From assembly GCF_009914755.1 (NCBI RefSeq), contig NC_060925.1: a stretch of 64,000 nucleotides of DNA, one strand, 5' to 3'. Position 1 is the stretch's first letter. Each line of letters starts with the position of its first letter. The stretch is from the human T2T-CHM13v2.0 reference genome, Homo sapiens. Shown in pieces: positions 50,100-64,000 of the stretch. A program made the position numbers and the translations under genes. The notes under the pieces were generated by a model. That model saw nothing but the letters and a program-made list of their open reading frames with translations, searched no databases and was not told the origin of the DNA.

Positions 50100-50525
50100 T
50101 ATTTCTGTTTGCAGTAATCTGCCTTTCTCTTTCTCATTGCTACAGAGCAAGCGAGGAGGCTCAGAGCTTTGAAAAGGGGGCTGTGTGTAATGGGTCCACT
50201 AGAATTAATTTACTTGCACCAAATCCATTGAGCACAGAGGTTCTTTTCCCCCCTCTCTCTCTCTCTTCTCAAATCATTTGGAGTCGAACGCAGCCCCCGG
50301 CCTTTGTAATTCTAGTAAAGCACTTAAAGTGCACAGTAGGTGTTCATGAGGACCATCTGGTCAAAAGCAAAACAAGCTGCTGATTTTGCCTTTGAATAGA
50401 ATGAAGCAAGTGTGAATTAGTCTCTTCAATTAGCACTATTACAACCTGTCAAGTGCATATTGTAAAACAGGATTATTACAGTATTGGTCACCAGTGCAAT
50501 TATTTACTCTCTGCCTTTTCTTGCA
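50100..50525. promoter_or_regulatory. Candidate deeply conserved developmental enhancer (probably the FAF1-intronic ultraconserved element)
   Basis: Repeat-free block with retained CpGs and dense motifs: CTTTGAA (TCF/LEF) 50390, GCACTT-A-AAGTGC palindrome 50320-50332, CATCTG 50354, AATTAG 50415/50428, TGTCA+TCAAGTG 50447-50455, GGATTA 50470. FAF1 introns are known to carry ultraconserved elements. Identity is recalled, not verified. Confidence 0.6.
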
Positions 50526-53500
50526 TATAAAAAAATCTTATGTTTATTAGTTTCTGATAACTGAACGGAATTTCTCTTAACCCAGGCATTTCAAAACTAC
50601 CAACACATAAATCACAGATGATGAAATGTGGTCAGCTATCATGTTTGATACACATATCTTAAGTAACAAAAGGCTAAAGACTGTTCTTAATTCTTAAAAT
50701 GTCATTGCTTCTATCGTCTTGAAATGCAGGTAGACAAATACTTATATGGGCCAAAAAAGATATCCAATCCAGATTATTCTAAAATAGTTCCAGAGAGGGG
50801 AAAAGACTTGTCAGTTCCAAAGAGCTGCATTATAAATATTAAATTTATTACTTCAGGGGATAATTTGTTAAGAATCACAGGAAACCTCAATATTTATAAA
50901 ATGATCCCTACTGATTTATATTCATTTGAAGTGGTATGATTTCAACAGATCTCAGTTTTCAAATGCAACTTGAAACTAATAATATATATGCATATTTAAA
51001 AGATGCATAATCGTCTTTTCTGAAAGCTGAATAAAGGCTTGAATTCACTGCCCAGTTGCAGAAGAAATTATCTCTTTCATTCTTGCTAAAATGTCATTCG
51101 TGATTTCAAATTTTAAAAAATCAAACTATAATATATGTTAATTAAATTGGTTCATTCTAATTGATCCAATATATGCCATTTATCTTGCAGTAAAAACAAA
51201 CCACTTACACTTTTAATTAAATAAGCACACAACTTAATTTACCCTCTTGCATATGCACATTCTCAGTTACCCTACTCTTACTTCAGTTCTGTGCCAGCAA
51301 CCCCAACCCTCCCCATACTGGAAAACAAAACAAACAAACCAAAAAAAACACCCAATACTTTAAAACATTTACAGAAAGGCCATGTTAGTTAAGGAGTTAT
51401 AGTCAACCCACTACTAGAACATCAATAATTAGCACAATCTGTGAAAGACTACATATTTTAATTACTGTTACTGGCCACCAGCATTAAAGGAGAATAGTCC
51501 AAAATATACGCTAGTCAAGCAAGTTAAGAAAGTAGCAAGTAGAATAATAGACACAACATACAAAATCCGACGTTAGGTTCAAATGCTCAGAATCAGAGTT
51601 AGCCTTATCATTATTTAGCCCAGATTATTTTTAAGGATTGGTATAATCTGTGTATTTAGTTCATTCAGTTCCTGAGACTTATTCAACTCTATTGGCTTCC
51701 CATTTAATCACTACTTTGTACAAACTGTAATAGTACTGAAATGTTTTACTACTCCCTGCAAGATATATCTTTATAGGTTGCCAATTTTCCCCTTTCATGC
51801 CATTAAGAACTAAATCAACAATAATAAGAACAGTGAGATTTCTGAGGTAAAGTGAAACTTGGAAGAGGATTTAAATAATTCCAATAGCTATTCATCATGC
51901 TTCTTGTTGTAACAGATAAGTAATACTCCATAATTCTGCACTAAAAATACTTAGGTTTCTTATTGTTATTCTGGGTCATGTGTATATTCCTTAAATTTAT
52001 ATGACATCTACAAAGAAAACAATATTTTGCCTAACAGAAGCTTCTGCAGTAGTAAGGCCGATAACAAAGAATCAGTTTCCAAGAAAAGTTGGCTTGATTT
52101 CAGAGACTTCATATCCTTTTCCACACCTGGGTTTTGGATTTGCTGAAAGCAAATCAATCTTTTTTCCCCTTAATTTAACCCACCCCAAGTGCATTTGTAA
52201 CCACAGATCTTTAATAGTATTAGTGAGAATTACTAGAATCTGCACAATAAACTGTTGACAAATCTGAATTCTCAGCGTAAAAAAAATTCATTAAAATAAG
52301 GTAAGCCTGTTTAAATTTAAGGAAACTCACAATTTTAAAGTGTGACAAATAGTTAATTTAGGACCCAAAAAGGTTGAAAAGACAGACTATCACAGAGTTA
52401 CTGTCACATTCTTTGATATTTTTTACAAGCTGTTTGGTCATAATGGAAAACAGAAAAGATTTTTCGTCTTTAAGACTACTTGCAACTCTCTCCATTCTGA
52501 CCTTTTTATACTGTCACTGCTTTCTCCCCAACCAGGAGGATAATGTAACTGGAAGGATTTGTACAGAGTTTTAAAAAAACAAAATCAAAATGAAAACCCT
52601 CAATAACTAACTGGCTTAAATTAAAATCTAGAGCACCTAAAGGACACAAGTCACGCATTGTGAGGCAGCAGACCACAAAGCCAGAATGAACAAACACTTG
52701 TACAACTCTTGGTTTATCACCATTAACTTGCAATGACCATATGGTCATTGAATAGTTTATTTGAAATTCAAACTGCATTTTAGTTCTATTTTCTAACTCA
52801 GTATTTTAAAAAAATGTACTTTGTTCTAATTAAAAGTTGAAATCATAGTGCCTTTTTCAATCCTGTTTCATTTAATAGAAATTTCCCTCTGGGTGAAAAA
52901 TAGTGCAAAGTTTTCTTTTAAAAATGCAAGGCTTTCAAAAATTAAAAAAAATATATATATAAAATACACTAAAAAAATGACCAGGAACCTTTGTGTTTTG
53001 AACATTTTTTCCTTTCCCTCAATTATATTAGTCAGGATTTATTCTTGGACCTATTAATACTGAAAAGAAATTCCTGAAACTGGTGAGATAGATTAATTTA
53101 CAATTTAGCACATATGGTATCATTAAGCTTTCACATTAATAAAAGACAAATACTAGCGTTATAAAATAAAACTACAAAATAGTTTCACAATTATATTTTT
53201 ATCTTGATGCAATCAAACTAACTTTCCAATCATGCAACAAGAAAAAATGTACATACTTAAGTGTCATTGTGGATTGAATAGCTGTAGATAAGGGCACCTT
53301 GTCCTTCACCTGAAACTACCCCCTCCATCACAGGTGTTGCACAAGTTGAAGCAGAAAAGTCACAGAACTAGGCCCAGAGAGGTCCCACATCCTTTATCTA
53401 AGTTGTACAGAATAAAACAGCCTATGTGTACCTGTCTACTCACAGAGAAGCAAGTGACATAAGTAGCAACTGCATTTATTTGTTCCTGGCAAACTAGCAT

Positions 53501-55723
53501 TTAAAAATATTATTTTAAATTAACTTAAAGGGAAAAAAAGGAAAAAGGAGAAGAAACCAAATTCTTGACAAGAAATACATAAGAATATCTGTCTTTGCAA
53601 AAATATTTCTGGAACATTTTTAAAATGACATTTAGAAAATGGTATAAAAAAGATTTACTGTTTTAAGTCCTTGAAGCTTAAGATATATTTGATAATCTAC
53701 ATAGCAGGCCACGGAGAACAGTTTCAGCCAACTGTGGCACACAATGGCACATTTACAGAATTTTAAATATTTCTTTTAATAATTGATGTAGTCATTTTGA
53801 ATCATTCTGCATAGGATATCAGGTGTGAGCAGATTGCATTAACGCTGCTTAAACATTTCAACTTGTCAGTATGGCCAACTCGATTTCGGAAATATTTGCA
53901 GTATTTTCCCATCGAAACAGTAATAAAGGCAAAATAAATATATGCCACTACTTTATAATCACCGAACATTAATGAATATTTTATGTCTTTTTAAATCTCC
54001 CTGTTTAATTTAAAAGGGTGAAATTAAGTCTCCTCCCTGCAATATGCCAATTATCTGTAAATCAAACAATAACTTGGCCATTATGCTCCTTTTTGTTAAT
54101 ATAAGAGAAGCTAATTTGAAAACACTGAATAGCATTTTTAGGCTATCTGCTGAATAGTCCTTTCTGCCCTCTTGTGGGAGAAAGCTGAAACACACTCAAA
54201 TAACAGAAACTAGGGGTGGGGGTTGAGAGGGTGGCAGCAAAATTATGGCTAGAAAATTCAACCCCGAAGGAAAAAAAGGCAAACTATATTTATTCATCAT
54301 ACATTATACTATTCTTCAATTATCAAGTCAGCAATAAAATGAATTTACCTCTTATCTTTGTCATGTTGGTTAAACTGAAGTTATTTTAAATCTAAATTTC
54401 CTTGTTTCATATATTCACATATACAATTTAGATTTTACTATCCTGTAAAATTTCAGATGCTATAATAACTCGGAGATGGAGCCACGGCAAAACATTATTT
54501 CTACCATAAAAACACAAATGATTCTTCAAGGAATTAAGTTTTTTAATTTAGAGAATAAAATACTCATTATGGAGGTTGAAAATGAAATTACAATTTATAC
54601 ATATTTAAAATCCTGAAAAAAAATTAAATAACGCAAACCTACAATTCAGTTTAGGAATCAGATCAGAAAAAAATTTTAAAGAGTTTAGTTTCTAGAGTCA
54701 ACAAACTATTCAAGTAATCAATGAAGAAAATAAAGCAATGAGTTATTCATGTCAAATTCAGAAGCTGAAATTCATTAACACAATATAAAAAAGGAAACCA
54801 TTAATAGTCTACAGAAACAGTTCATATATTTCTGAAAGAAAACACTAGGGTGAAAACTGGTTCTTTCAAAATGACATTAAGTGATTATTTTAAGAAATGT
54901 AGTCTAAGAAAAACATTATAAAATAATCCAAGATTAAGCATGATTAATTCTCTTTAGAAAAATTAGTAGACAAATGACTGTTGCTTTCATAACTTATAAG
55001 GTGTAATGCAACATAGTCATCATTTCAATGTTTCTAAACATAAGTCCTGTCATAGCCTTAAATGTTCCCCCCACCCTCCATGAAGATAGAATTACTAGCT
55101 TTTAGGTGGCTGGGGCCCAAGGCATACCAACAAGGTACCTCTTCTCTCTTGGGGGAGGTTCTCTTTTGAAACAGTGGCCCTGGTTGGTCGTGTTGAAGAA
55201 AATACTGACACTATAAATAGACTCTTCTCATATTCTAAGCTAAAAGATAGTCTCCAACAGCATCTTAGGCATACTGCCCAAGGGCAGGATGGAGCTGCTT
55301 AAGAAAAGTCCCCTCAAATTCCTTTTAGAAACAGGCAGAGTACACAATATAAATAATTATTTGAGAGCAACCTTTCAAATAAAATATAAGCATCCTCCAA
55401 AATGAATGTTGTCAACAATTTCCATAGTATTTTGAATAATGACTATAAAACCATGAAATATATTACATAATAATCAGTTATTTTTAAGCAGCGTTTCAAG
55501 TTGACTAGTTTAAAAATTATCAAGAGTTCCCATTTACATCTTTCTAGGTCAAGTCATTTAGTATATCTACAGTAATCATTGATGCTCCAGTTAATTAAAA
55601 TTTAAGAACCCAATAATGAAACATAAAGAGAATTTCCAACCAGAACAGATAAGCCCTCTTTAACAGGGTCAACATTAGCTATAATGAGCTACCTTTATTT
55701 CTTAGCTGTGAGACATAACTCAC

Positions 55724-55829
55724 CTCTTGAATAGTACTGCTTCCTGAGAAGTTCAGGTTGTACTCCCGCTGGACTTCTCGGTGGGTGATGATCAGCATGA
55801 AGTTTTGATTTAATGACTCCTGCAGGGCA
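55724..55829 (-). CDS. FAF1: FAF1 internal coding exon (106 nt; exon 7 by my recollection), start of second ubiquitin-like domain region
   Basis: Minus strand reads tttctttcaaccctttcAG|TGCCCTGCAGGAG...ATTCAAGAG|GTgagt. After 1 nt it translates as ALQESLNQNFMLIITHREVQREYNLNFSGSSTIQE, matching the human FAF1 protein as I know it. It ends in phase 0, in frame with the 5378-5464 exon. Confidence 0.97.
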
Positions 55830-56119
55830 CTGAAAGGGTTGAAAGAAAAACAAGGAACTCAGAGATGAACAAGTTCTAGCTTGCTTTACAGCTAGCTGCA
55901 AAAACCCCAGGAGTACCCTAACCTCCACACAGGCATGTCTGGGCCCAATGTTATCATATTTTCAGCTCCTAAAGGCAAGAGAACACACTGAGAACAACCA
56001 AGGGGAGCTAACCTGTTAACTCTTTCTCTACCAAGGTGTTTTTAAATTTCAAGTCTAAATGCTTTGTATACTTAAGAATTTTCTACAAGTCATAGGCTAA
56101 TTCATAATATCTGCATACG

Positions 56120-56642
56120 TATCTCCTCCAACAAAGCTGTCAATTATATCAACTCCAAATATGCTACTAAAATGTATATTCAAAGACTCTGGTTCAATTC
56201 CAAGTGAAACAGCTGTTCTAGAATAACAGAAGTATGAAACTATTATTTATATTCATGAATCTGATTTCAGTCAAAATTCAGAAGATATTGAAATCTACAG
56301 AACTTCAATTGTTATGTAAAAATTCATTCAAAATAATTGTGCTTTCACTTAGGACTCAGTAATACACAGAATTTAGAAACTGGAGAAATCATAGCAACAT
56401 TTTGTAAAGCCTATAACAAAGTTCCAAAATTTAGAAATTTATCAGAACCATGAAGAGTATTTGAAATTAGTGAAAAAATCAAGAAATGTAAGTCATGGTT
56501 CTATTTTTATCTCCTCCTGGAACTGTCAATTATATCAAATTCCAAATATGCTACTAAAATGTATACTCAAAGACTCTGGTTCAATTACAAGTGAAATACA
56601 GAAGTATTAAACTAATATTAAATGAGTATTAAACTAATATTA
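56120..56642. repeat. Dispersed ~110-125-bp direct repeat (56120-56247 and 56508-56620)
   Basis: ctgtcaattatatcaa...tccaaatatgctactaaaatgtata.tcaaagactctggttcaatt.caagtgaaa in both copies. Confidence 0.9.
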
Positions 56643-56859
56643 GAAATATTATTTTCATCAGTATTGAAAATAAAGACCTATCATCAGTATGCCTGAATAA
56701 TTTCTACTGTCTGTCTCAAGTGTAATTTTGCCATGCCTATGGTACCAGGAAAATATTTTGGGTGTGCTCCATGGTTTTAACCTTCAACTTTCCTCCTTTG
56801 CCCATCTGTAACTATGTGACAAATACACACACAACATAAAGATCAGAATTAGACAGATA

Positions 56860-57202
<343 letters not shown>

Positions 57203-57345
57203 TCACAGGTTAATTGTAGACTATACTTAGCGAGCACCAATATATGTAACATGAAATATTAGTAACCAAAATAAAAGAAAATCACACCCAACTAAAATAG
57301 AATTTCTTGAAGCAAGGACCTTTGTCATTATATCCATAAAAATTA

Positions 57346-57720
<375 letters not shown>

Positions 57721-57829
57721 TTATTGCATAATGAATGGTGAATTTCTAGAAGGCAAGAGTCATTCATCTTTGTATCTCACACAGAAATGTTGCCTTCTGG
57801 AAACTACCATAGGAGTTAAGACTTTGATT

Positions 57830-58900
57830 TTATTCATTTATGTATCAACATTAACTTGATGACTTGCACTGTTCCAGGTGCTAAGGAGCTGCGTGCGCCA
57901 CCACGCCCAGTTAATTTTTGTATTTTTAGTAGAGATGAGGTTTCACTATGTTGGTCACACTGGTCTTGAACTCCTGACCTCGTGATCCACCCACCTCAGC
58001 CTCACAAAGTGCTGGGGTTACAGGTGTGAGCCACAGCGCCCGGCCCGCCCCTGGAACATTTTATAAAGAGAACTAGTAAGATATGACTTACATTTACATT
58101 TATACAAGATTATTCTGGCTGCTCTGGCCACAGTGAGCAAAGACTGGGGGTAGGGAGAGCAGACAGGAGGCTGGTTCAGGAAAGAAGTGACAGTAGCTTG
58201 GACTAAGGTGGTAGAGGCACAGATGAAAAACTGTCAAGTTCAGAATATATTTTAGAGGTGGAAGTCAGACCACTTACTGATGGAGTGTGAGAGAAAAACA
58301 TAACCCCAAGGTTTCTGGCCTAAGTAAATAAGAGAATGGAATTATATTTAACAAGAAAAAGTGGAGTAGTGGCAGGTGAGGTGGAGAAATTGAGAGTGAA
58401 GTTTTCGTTCAAAGTTTGAGATGTCCATTGAGATGTTTTGAGATGTCTATTAGACAGTCAAAAAAAAAAAATGTCATGTAGAGTTGAATATAAGACTCAA
58501 AGGTCAAGTAAGAGAGCCCAGAGCAGGAGAGTCAGTACCATATAGTCAGTTTTTAGGCTTCGAGGCCAAAACAAATCACCTAGAAAAATAAGTGACACAG
58601 ACAAAAGAGAGGCCAAGATGGAACCCTAGGGCATTTCAGTCATTTGAAATCAAGCAGAGGAGAATGAGTCAGTTTAAAGGAGATTGATAAATCATCAGTG
58701 AGAGAAGAGAAAAATCAAGAAAGTCTAGTATAAGGGAGCCAAAAGAAATAACTGTTTCAAATAGGAGGGTGGGATCAGTTACGCCAAATGCTACTGAGGC
58801 ATTAAAGGTGGGAAGGGCAGAAAAATGACCACATTCAGGAAGCAGCCAAAAGCTCAATGTGACTGCAGTGAAGGCTGCGTGAGAGAAGTCTACTGGGAAA
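57830..58900 (-). mobile_element. L2 remnant (~1 kb) containing a partial Alu (57889-58045)
   Basis: aagattattctggctgct...gacagtagcttggactaaggtggtag...atatattttagaggtggaagtcag...aagtttgagatgtc...ccaaatgctactgag. Confidence 0.7.
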
Positions 58901-59493
58901 TGAGGCTCAAACAATAGATGGGGTCAATGATCAATATATGTATGTTGAATGAATTTGAGGACAGAAATGGCGAGTAATGGAAAGACTTCCTGAGGTTTGA
59001 AGGCCTTTCAAAGGTAGATCTATTGTACAACTATTCTCCAAAATGTGGCTTTTTCTCTAGAGCTTGTCTGACATCCCCTCATGTCAAAAACAAGCTCACT
59101 ACAATCTTTGTTCATATTGTTCTCATCCTCCTTTCCTTTGCTCCCTTCCAAATACTGCACAGCTTTCAGATCACCTTTCAGGCCTCTACTTGGGTTTAGT
59201 AATGACCTTCTCTTCTCCTCTGAATTCCTATATCACATACTTTATTGTCTTGTACAGTTTGCTTTGTTTCATGTGTGGATACCCTGAATTCTAGACTATA
59301 TATGTTTTTATAATAACTGATTACTTATCAGTATATCCCTTGGAAAGTAGCACACTAGAAGGTGATTCAATTCAACTGTATAAAGATTCAAGAAATACTT
59401 CTGCATATTCTGAACTGCATACAAAGAACTACTGATTATCATTTTTTTAGCCTGAGGTTTCATTTTACTCACAAAATTATACTTCTGAAAGGT

Positions 59494-59568
59494 TAATTGC
59501 CCCTGGTCATCAAGCTACAAAGAGGTGGAACTAATTGTCCCTGGTCATCAAGCTACAAAGAGGTAGAA
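59494..59568. repeat. 38-bp tandem duplication
   Basis: taattgYccctggtcatcaagctacaaagaggtRgaa x2. Confidence 0.9.
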
Positions 59569-60546
59569 TCCAGCCCCTAACCTATATTTGATTCTATGTT
59601 CTTCAAACCTGAGCATCCTATCTCCCAAAAGGCTAGGCTGCTTGGGCGATACAAGGTGAACAAGACTCCTGCCTGCTAGAAGTTTACCGCTCATTCATTC
59701 ACTCTATAATTATTTGATTCCTATTATCTGTAATAATACAGGAATAAAAGATAGAAATCACTGACCTCAGAGAGGTTCGAAAAGATGTTAAGATTGTGGA
59801 GAAGGGAGAATACTTTAAAGTACTATGAAGAAAAATGGACAATAATTTGATAAGTAGATATGGAGGATGATTTCAGACATAGAACAGTTCAGAAACGACG
59901 ATGGGGGAATATTAAGAAACGTGTTAGAAAGCAATGAGGAAGAAGTGTAAGGTGATGTGAAGAAAGGTTTCTGACAGAGAAAACCTTAACAATGTTAAAG
60001 ACCTCCATTATGGAGGGCTTCAAATGCTAGGCTGAGGAGCTCGGAGTTCCAGAAGTCTTGATTGTTATATAGATCTTCCTTTACCTTTACATATGAATCT
60101 ATGCATATGTTTAATATTTTTAGTGCTTGCCTTTATGCAATTCCTTAGATATGTCTCTTGATCTTGACTGGCAGACTTGTGTAATAACTTTGCAAACAGG
60201 TTTGCCAGGACCAGTTTGACTGCCAGACTGCTTTAGAACACCAATTTTGTCTAGTTCTACAATTCCTGGATAGCTGTGGAAGAGGGTAATTTGGCAAGCA
60301 TAATATTTATGGCTTTAAACTGCTTTGGAGTCATAAAGCCAGATCTGAATCCGTTTCACTACTTGCTAGTTCTTTGACCTCGACAAGTCATTCATTCTTT
60401 TTTTCCCCATTCATTCTTTCAACCATATTTATTGAGTGTCTAACATGTAAAAGACCCTATTTTAGGCACTTAACCACTCTGCAAATTCTTAGAAGAGGAA
60501 GATAATCCTTCACTCATAGAACTATGAATATTACATTTAAAAACCC

Positions 60547-61145
60547 TTTTTTTTTTTCGAGACAGAGTCTCGCTCTGTCACCCAGGCTGGAGTGCAGTGG
60601 TGCGACCTCGGCTCACTGAAACCTCTGCCTCCCGGGTTCAAGCGATTCTCCTGCCCCAGCCTCCTGAGTAGCTAGGACTACAGGTGTGTGCCACCACGCC
60701 CGGCTAATTTTTTGTATTTTTAGTAGAGACGGGGTTTCACCATGTTAGCCAGGATGGTCTCAATTTCCTGACCTCGTGATCCGCCCATCTCAGCCTCCCA
60801 AAGTGCTGGGATTATAGGCATGAGCCACCGAGCCCGGCCAAGTGGCATTTGTTTTTTTTTTTTTTGAGATGGAGTCTTGCACTGTCACCCAGGCTGGAGT
60901 GCAGTGGCGCAATCTCGGCTCATTGCGACCTCAACCTCCCAGGTTCAAGCAGTTCTCCTGCGTGAGCCTCCTGAGTAGCTGGGATTACAAACACACACCA
61001 CCACATCCAGTTAATTTTGGTATTTTTAGTAGAGACGGGGTTTCACCATTGTGGTCAGGCTGGTCTCAAACTCCTGACCTCGTGATCTGCCTGCCTCAGC
61101 CTCCCAAAGTGCTGCGATTACAGGCATGAGCCACCGCACCCAGCC
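60547..61145 (-). mobile_element. Two tandem antisense Alus (60547-60839; 60849-61145)
   Basis: Alu consensus; aagtgg follows each. Confidence 0.9.
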
Positions 61146-61342
61146 AAGTGGGAATTTTTATTGCACATAAGTTATAAGGTGAGCTATTACAACTTACTGA
61201 AAACAGAACACTTTTGAAGGGTACTCATACTTTAAAATCTTACAGTGATAGTGAAACATCAGCAAAAGGATCTACAGTGCTTTTGTAGTAGTTACTTTTC
61301 ATGTTTTAGTTCTATCCCCTGGCAGGAGTTCATACAGAATAA

Positions 61343-61702
<360 letters not shown>

Positions 61703-61844
61703 TGTTCTTTTTTACAGAGGTCTTGTTTGGGGTTGATTCTACCACATTCGTGCTCCTTATGAGTAGAGTTTGTTTGGAGAAGTCAGATAAGGGTATTATC
61801 TTTAAACTTAGACTCTAGCCTGCTCCATTCACTTAGCCATTAAT

Positions 61845-61950
61845 AATAATGACTAACACTTAACAAGCGCTACCACATACCAGGCATTAAGAGATTCATA
61901 TCATTATGAAGTTATTATCATTATTTCCATTTTACAGATGAGGAAACTGA
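61845..61950 (-). mobile_element. MIR remnant
   Basis: ccattttacagatgaggaaactga core. Confidence 0.65.
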
Positions 61951-62312
61951 TGTTACTTACTTAATTACTATCATACAAAAAAGGTAGCAATGACCTAGGT
62001 CTAACTTCAGAGATAACACTCTTATGATTGGACCTTCAGGTACTAAGGAAGTGAACACAGTAAGATCACATTTCTGCCCTTATTGAGTCTACTGAGGGAT
62101 GGGCAAAGAAGCAAACTTGCAATTCACATATAGTACCCCTGTGCTTCTGTAATACTGATTTTCCTAAGGTGCTATGGAAACACAGAATAACAACTAAATT
62201 AGACCAGTGATGCTTTCCACAGAAACTGGCATGTGAACTGCTTAAGTTTTGTTTTGTGATGACTCTGAGGAGAGGGGTTAGTGGGGAAGGCTGTAAGAAA
62301 TACGCTATGTTT

Positions 62313-62653
<341 letters not shown>

Positions 62654-62816
62654 TTATCTAGGCAAACTGATCCTAGCTTCTAAAGCTAACTATGTGTTGA
62701 GTCCTCAGCTGCAGCATCCAGGAGCAATTTTCTCTCACACAGTACCCCCTAATTTATGTTGGTTATGATAGTTAGCCATGGTTAAGCCACCTTGGAGCAG
62801 TCTTTTACCTTCAAGT

Positions 62817-63116
62817 TGGGGGGGTGCTGTGGCTCACACCTGTAATCTGAACACTTTGGGAGGCCAAGGTGGGTGGGTCACTTGAACCCAGGAGTTCTAG
62901 ACTAGCCTGGGCAACAAGGTAAAACCCAGACTCTACAAAAAATACAAAAATTAGCCCAGCATGGTGGCACGCGCCTGTAGTCCCAGCTACAGGAGGCTGA
63001 GGTGGGAGGACCTCTTGAGGATAGAAGGGGGAGGTTGTAGTGAGCTGAGATCACACCACTACACTCCAGCCTGAGTGACAGAGCCAGACCCTCAAAAAAA
63101 AAAAAAAAAAAAAAAA
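62817..63116 (+). mobile_element. Alu (AluJ-like)
   Basis: Diverged Alu with poly(A). Confidence 0.88.
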
Positions 63117-63207
63117 GTTCACGCTGCTTCAACTTTTGATCTTCAGGGTCAAAAGGATGAGTGTTAACCAAAGAAATAATGAAACAGTTAAAAAAAAAAA
63201 AGGCATG

Positions 63208-63575
<368 letters not shown>

Positions 63576-63584
63576 TAAAAAAAA

Positions 63585-64000
<416 letters not shown>

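Noticed and set aside
50030-50383. 117-aa ORF over the conserved-looking block
   Set aside because: TTG start, low-complexity poly-F stretch and no recognisable homology; better explained as a non-coding element.
55695-55928. 77-aa minus-strand ORF over the FAF1 exon
   Set aside because: It is an alternative frame of the real exon; the FAF1 frame is fixed by the splice sites and peptide identity.

Overview
Human/primate genomic DNA, AT-rich and Alu-dense (about 65 Alu copies or fragments by my count). It lies inside the FAF1 (FAS-associated factor 1) gene, which is transcribed on the minus strand. Two consecutive coding exons are present: 55724-55829 (106 nt, ALQESLNQNFMLIITHREVQREYNLNFSGSSTIQE) and 5378-5464 (87 nt, VKRNVYDLTSIPVRHQLWEGWPTSATDDS). 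They are joined in frame by a ~50.3-kb GT-AG intron; I recall them as exons 7 and 8, in the second ubiquitin-like domain. The rest is intronic: Alus (many with readable target-site duplications), old L1M/L2/MIR remnants, hAT MITEs (MER5A, MER58A, MER3, MER102, MER63-like) and microsatellites. Nearly all ORFs in the supplied track are Alu/L1 read-throughs, not genes. I found no evidence for a new protein-coding system. The best leads are non-coding: (i) an ~11-kb Alu-free island (45.9-56.9 kb) containing a motif-dense block at ~50.1-50.5 kb that probably is the known FAF1-intronic ultraconserved forebrain enhancer, plus further enhancer-like blocks; (ii) a ~590-bp local duplication whose second copy has an AATAAA and A-rich tail in FAF1 sense orientation; (iii) a tiny poly(A)-tailed, TSD-flanked retrocopy of a MER41 LTR 3' segment; (iv) inverted Alus bracketing the frame-symmetric 87-nt exon; (v) several template-switch hairpins and short tandem duplications. 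Repeat boundaries are read by eye (about +/-10 nt) and subfamily calls are tentative.
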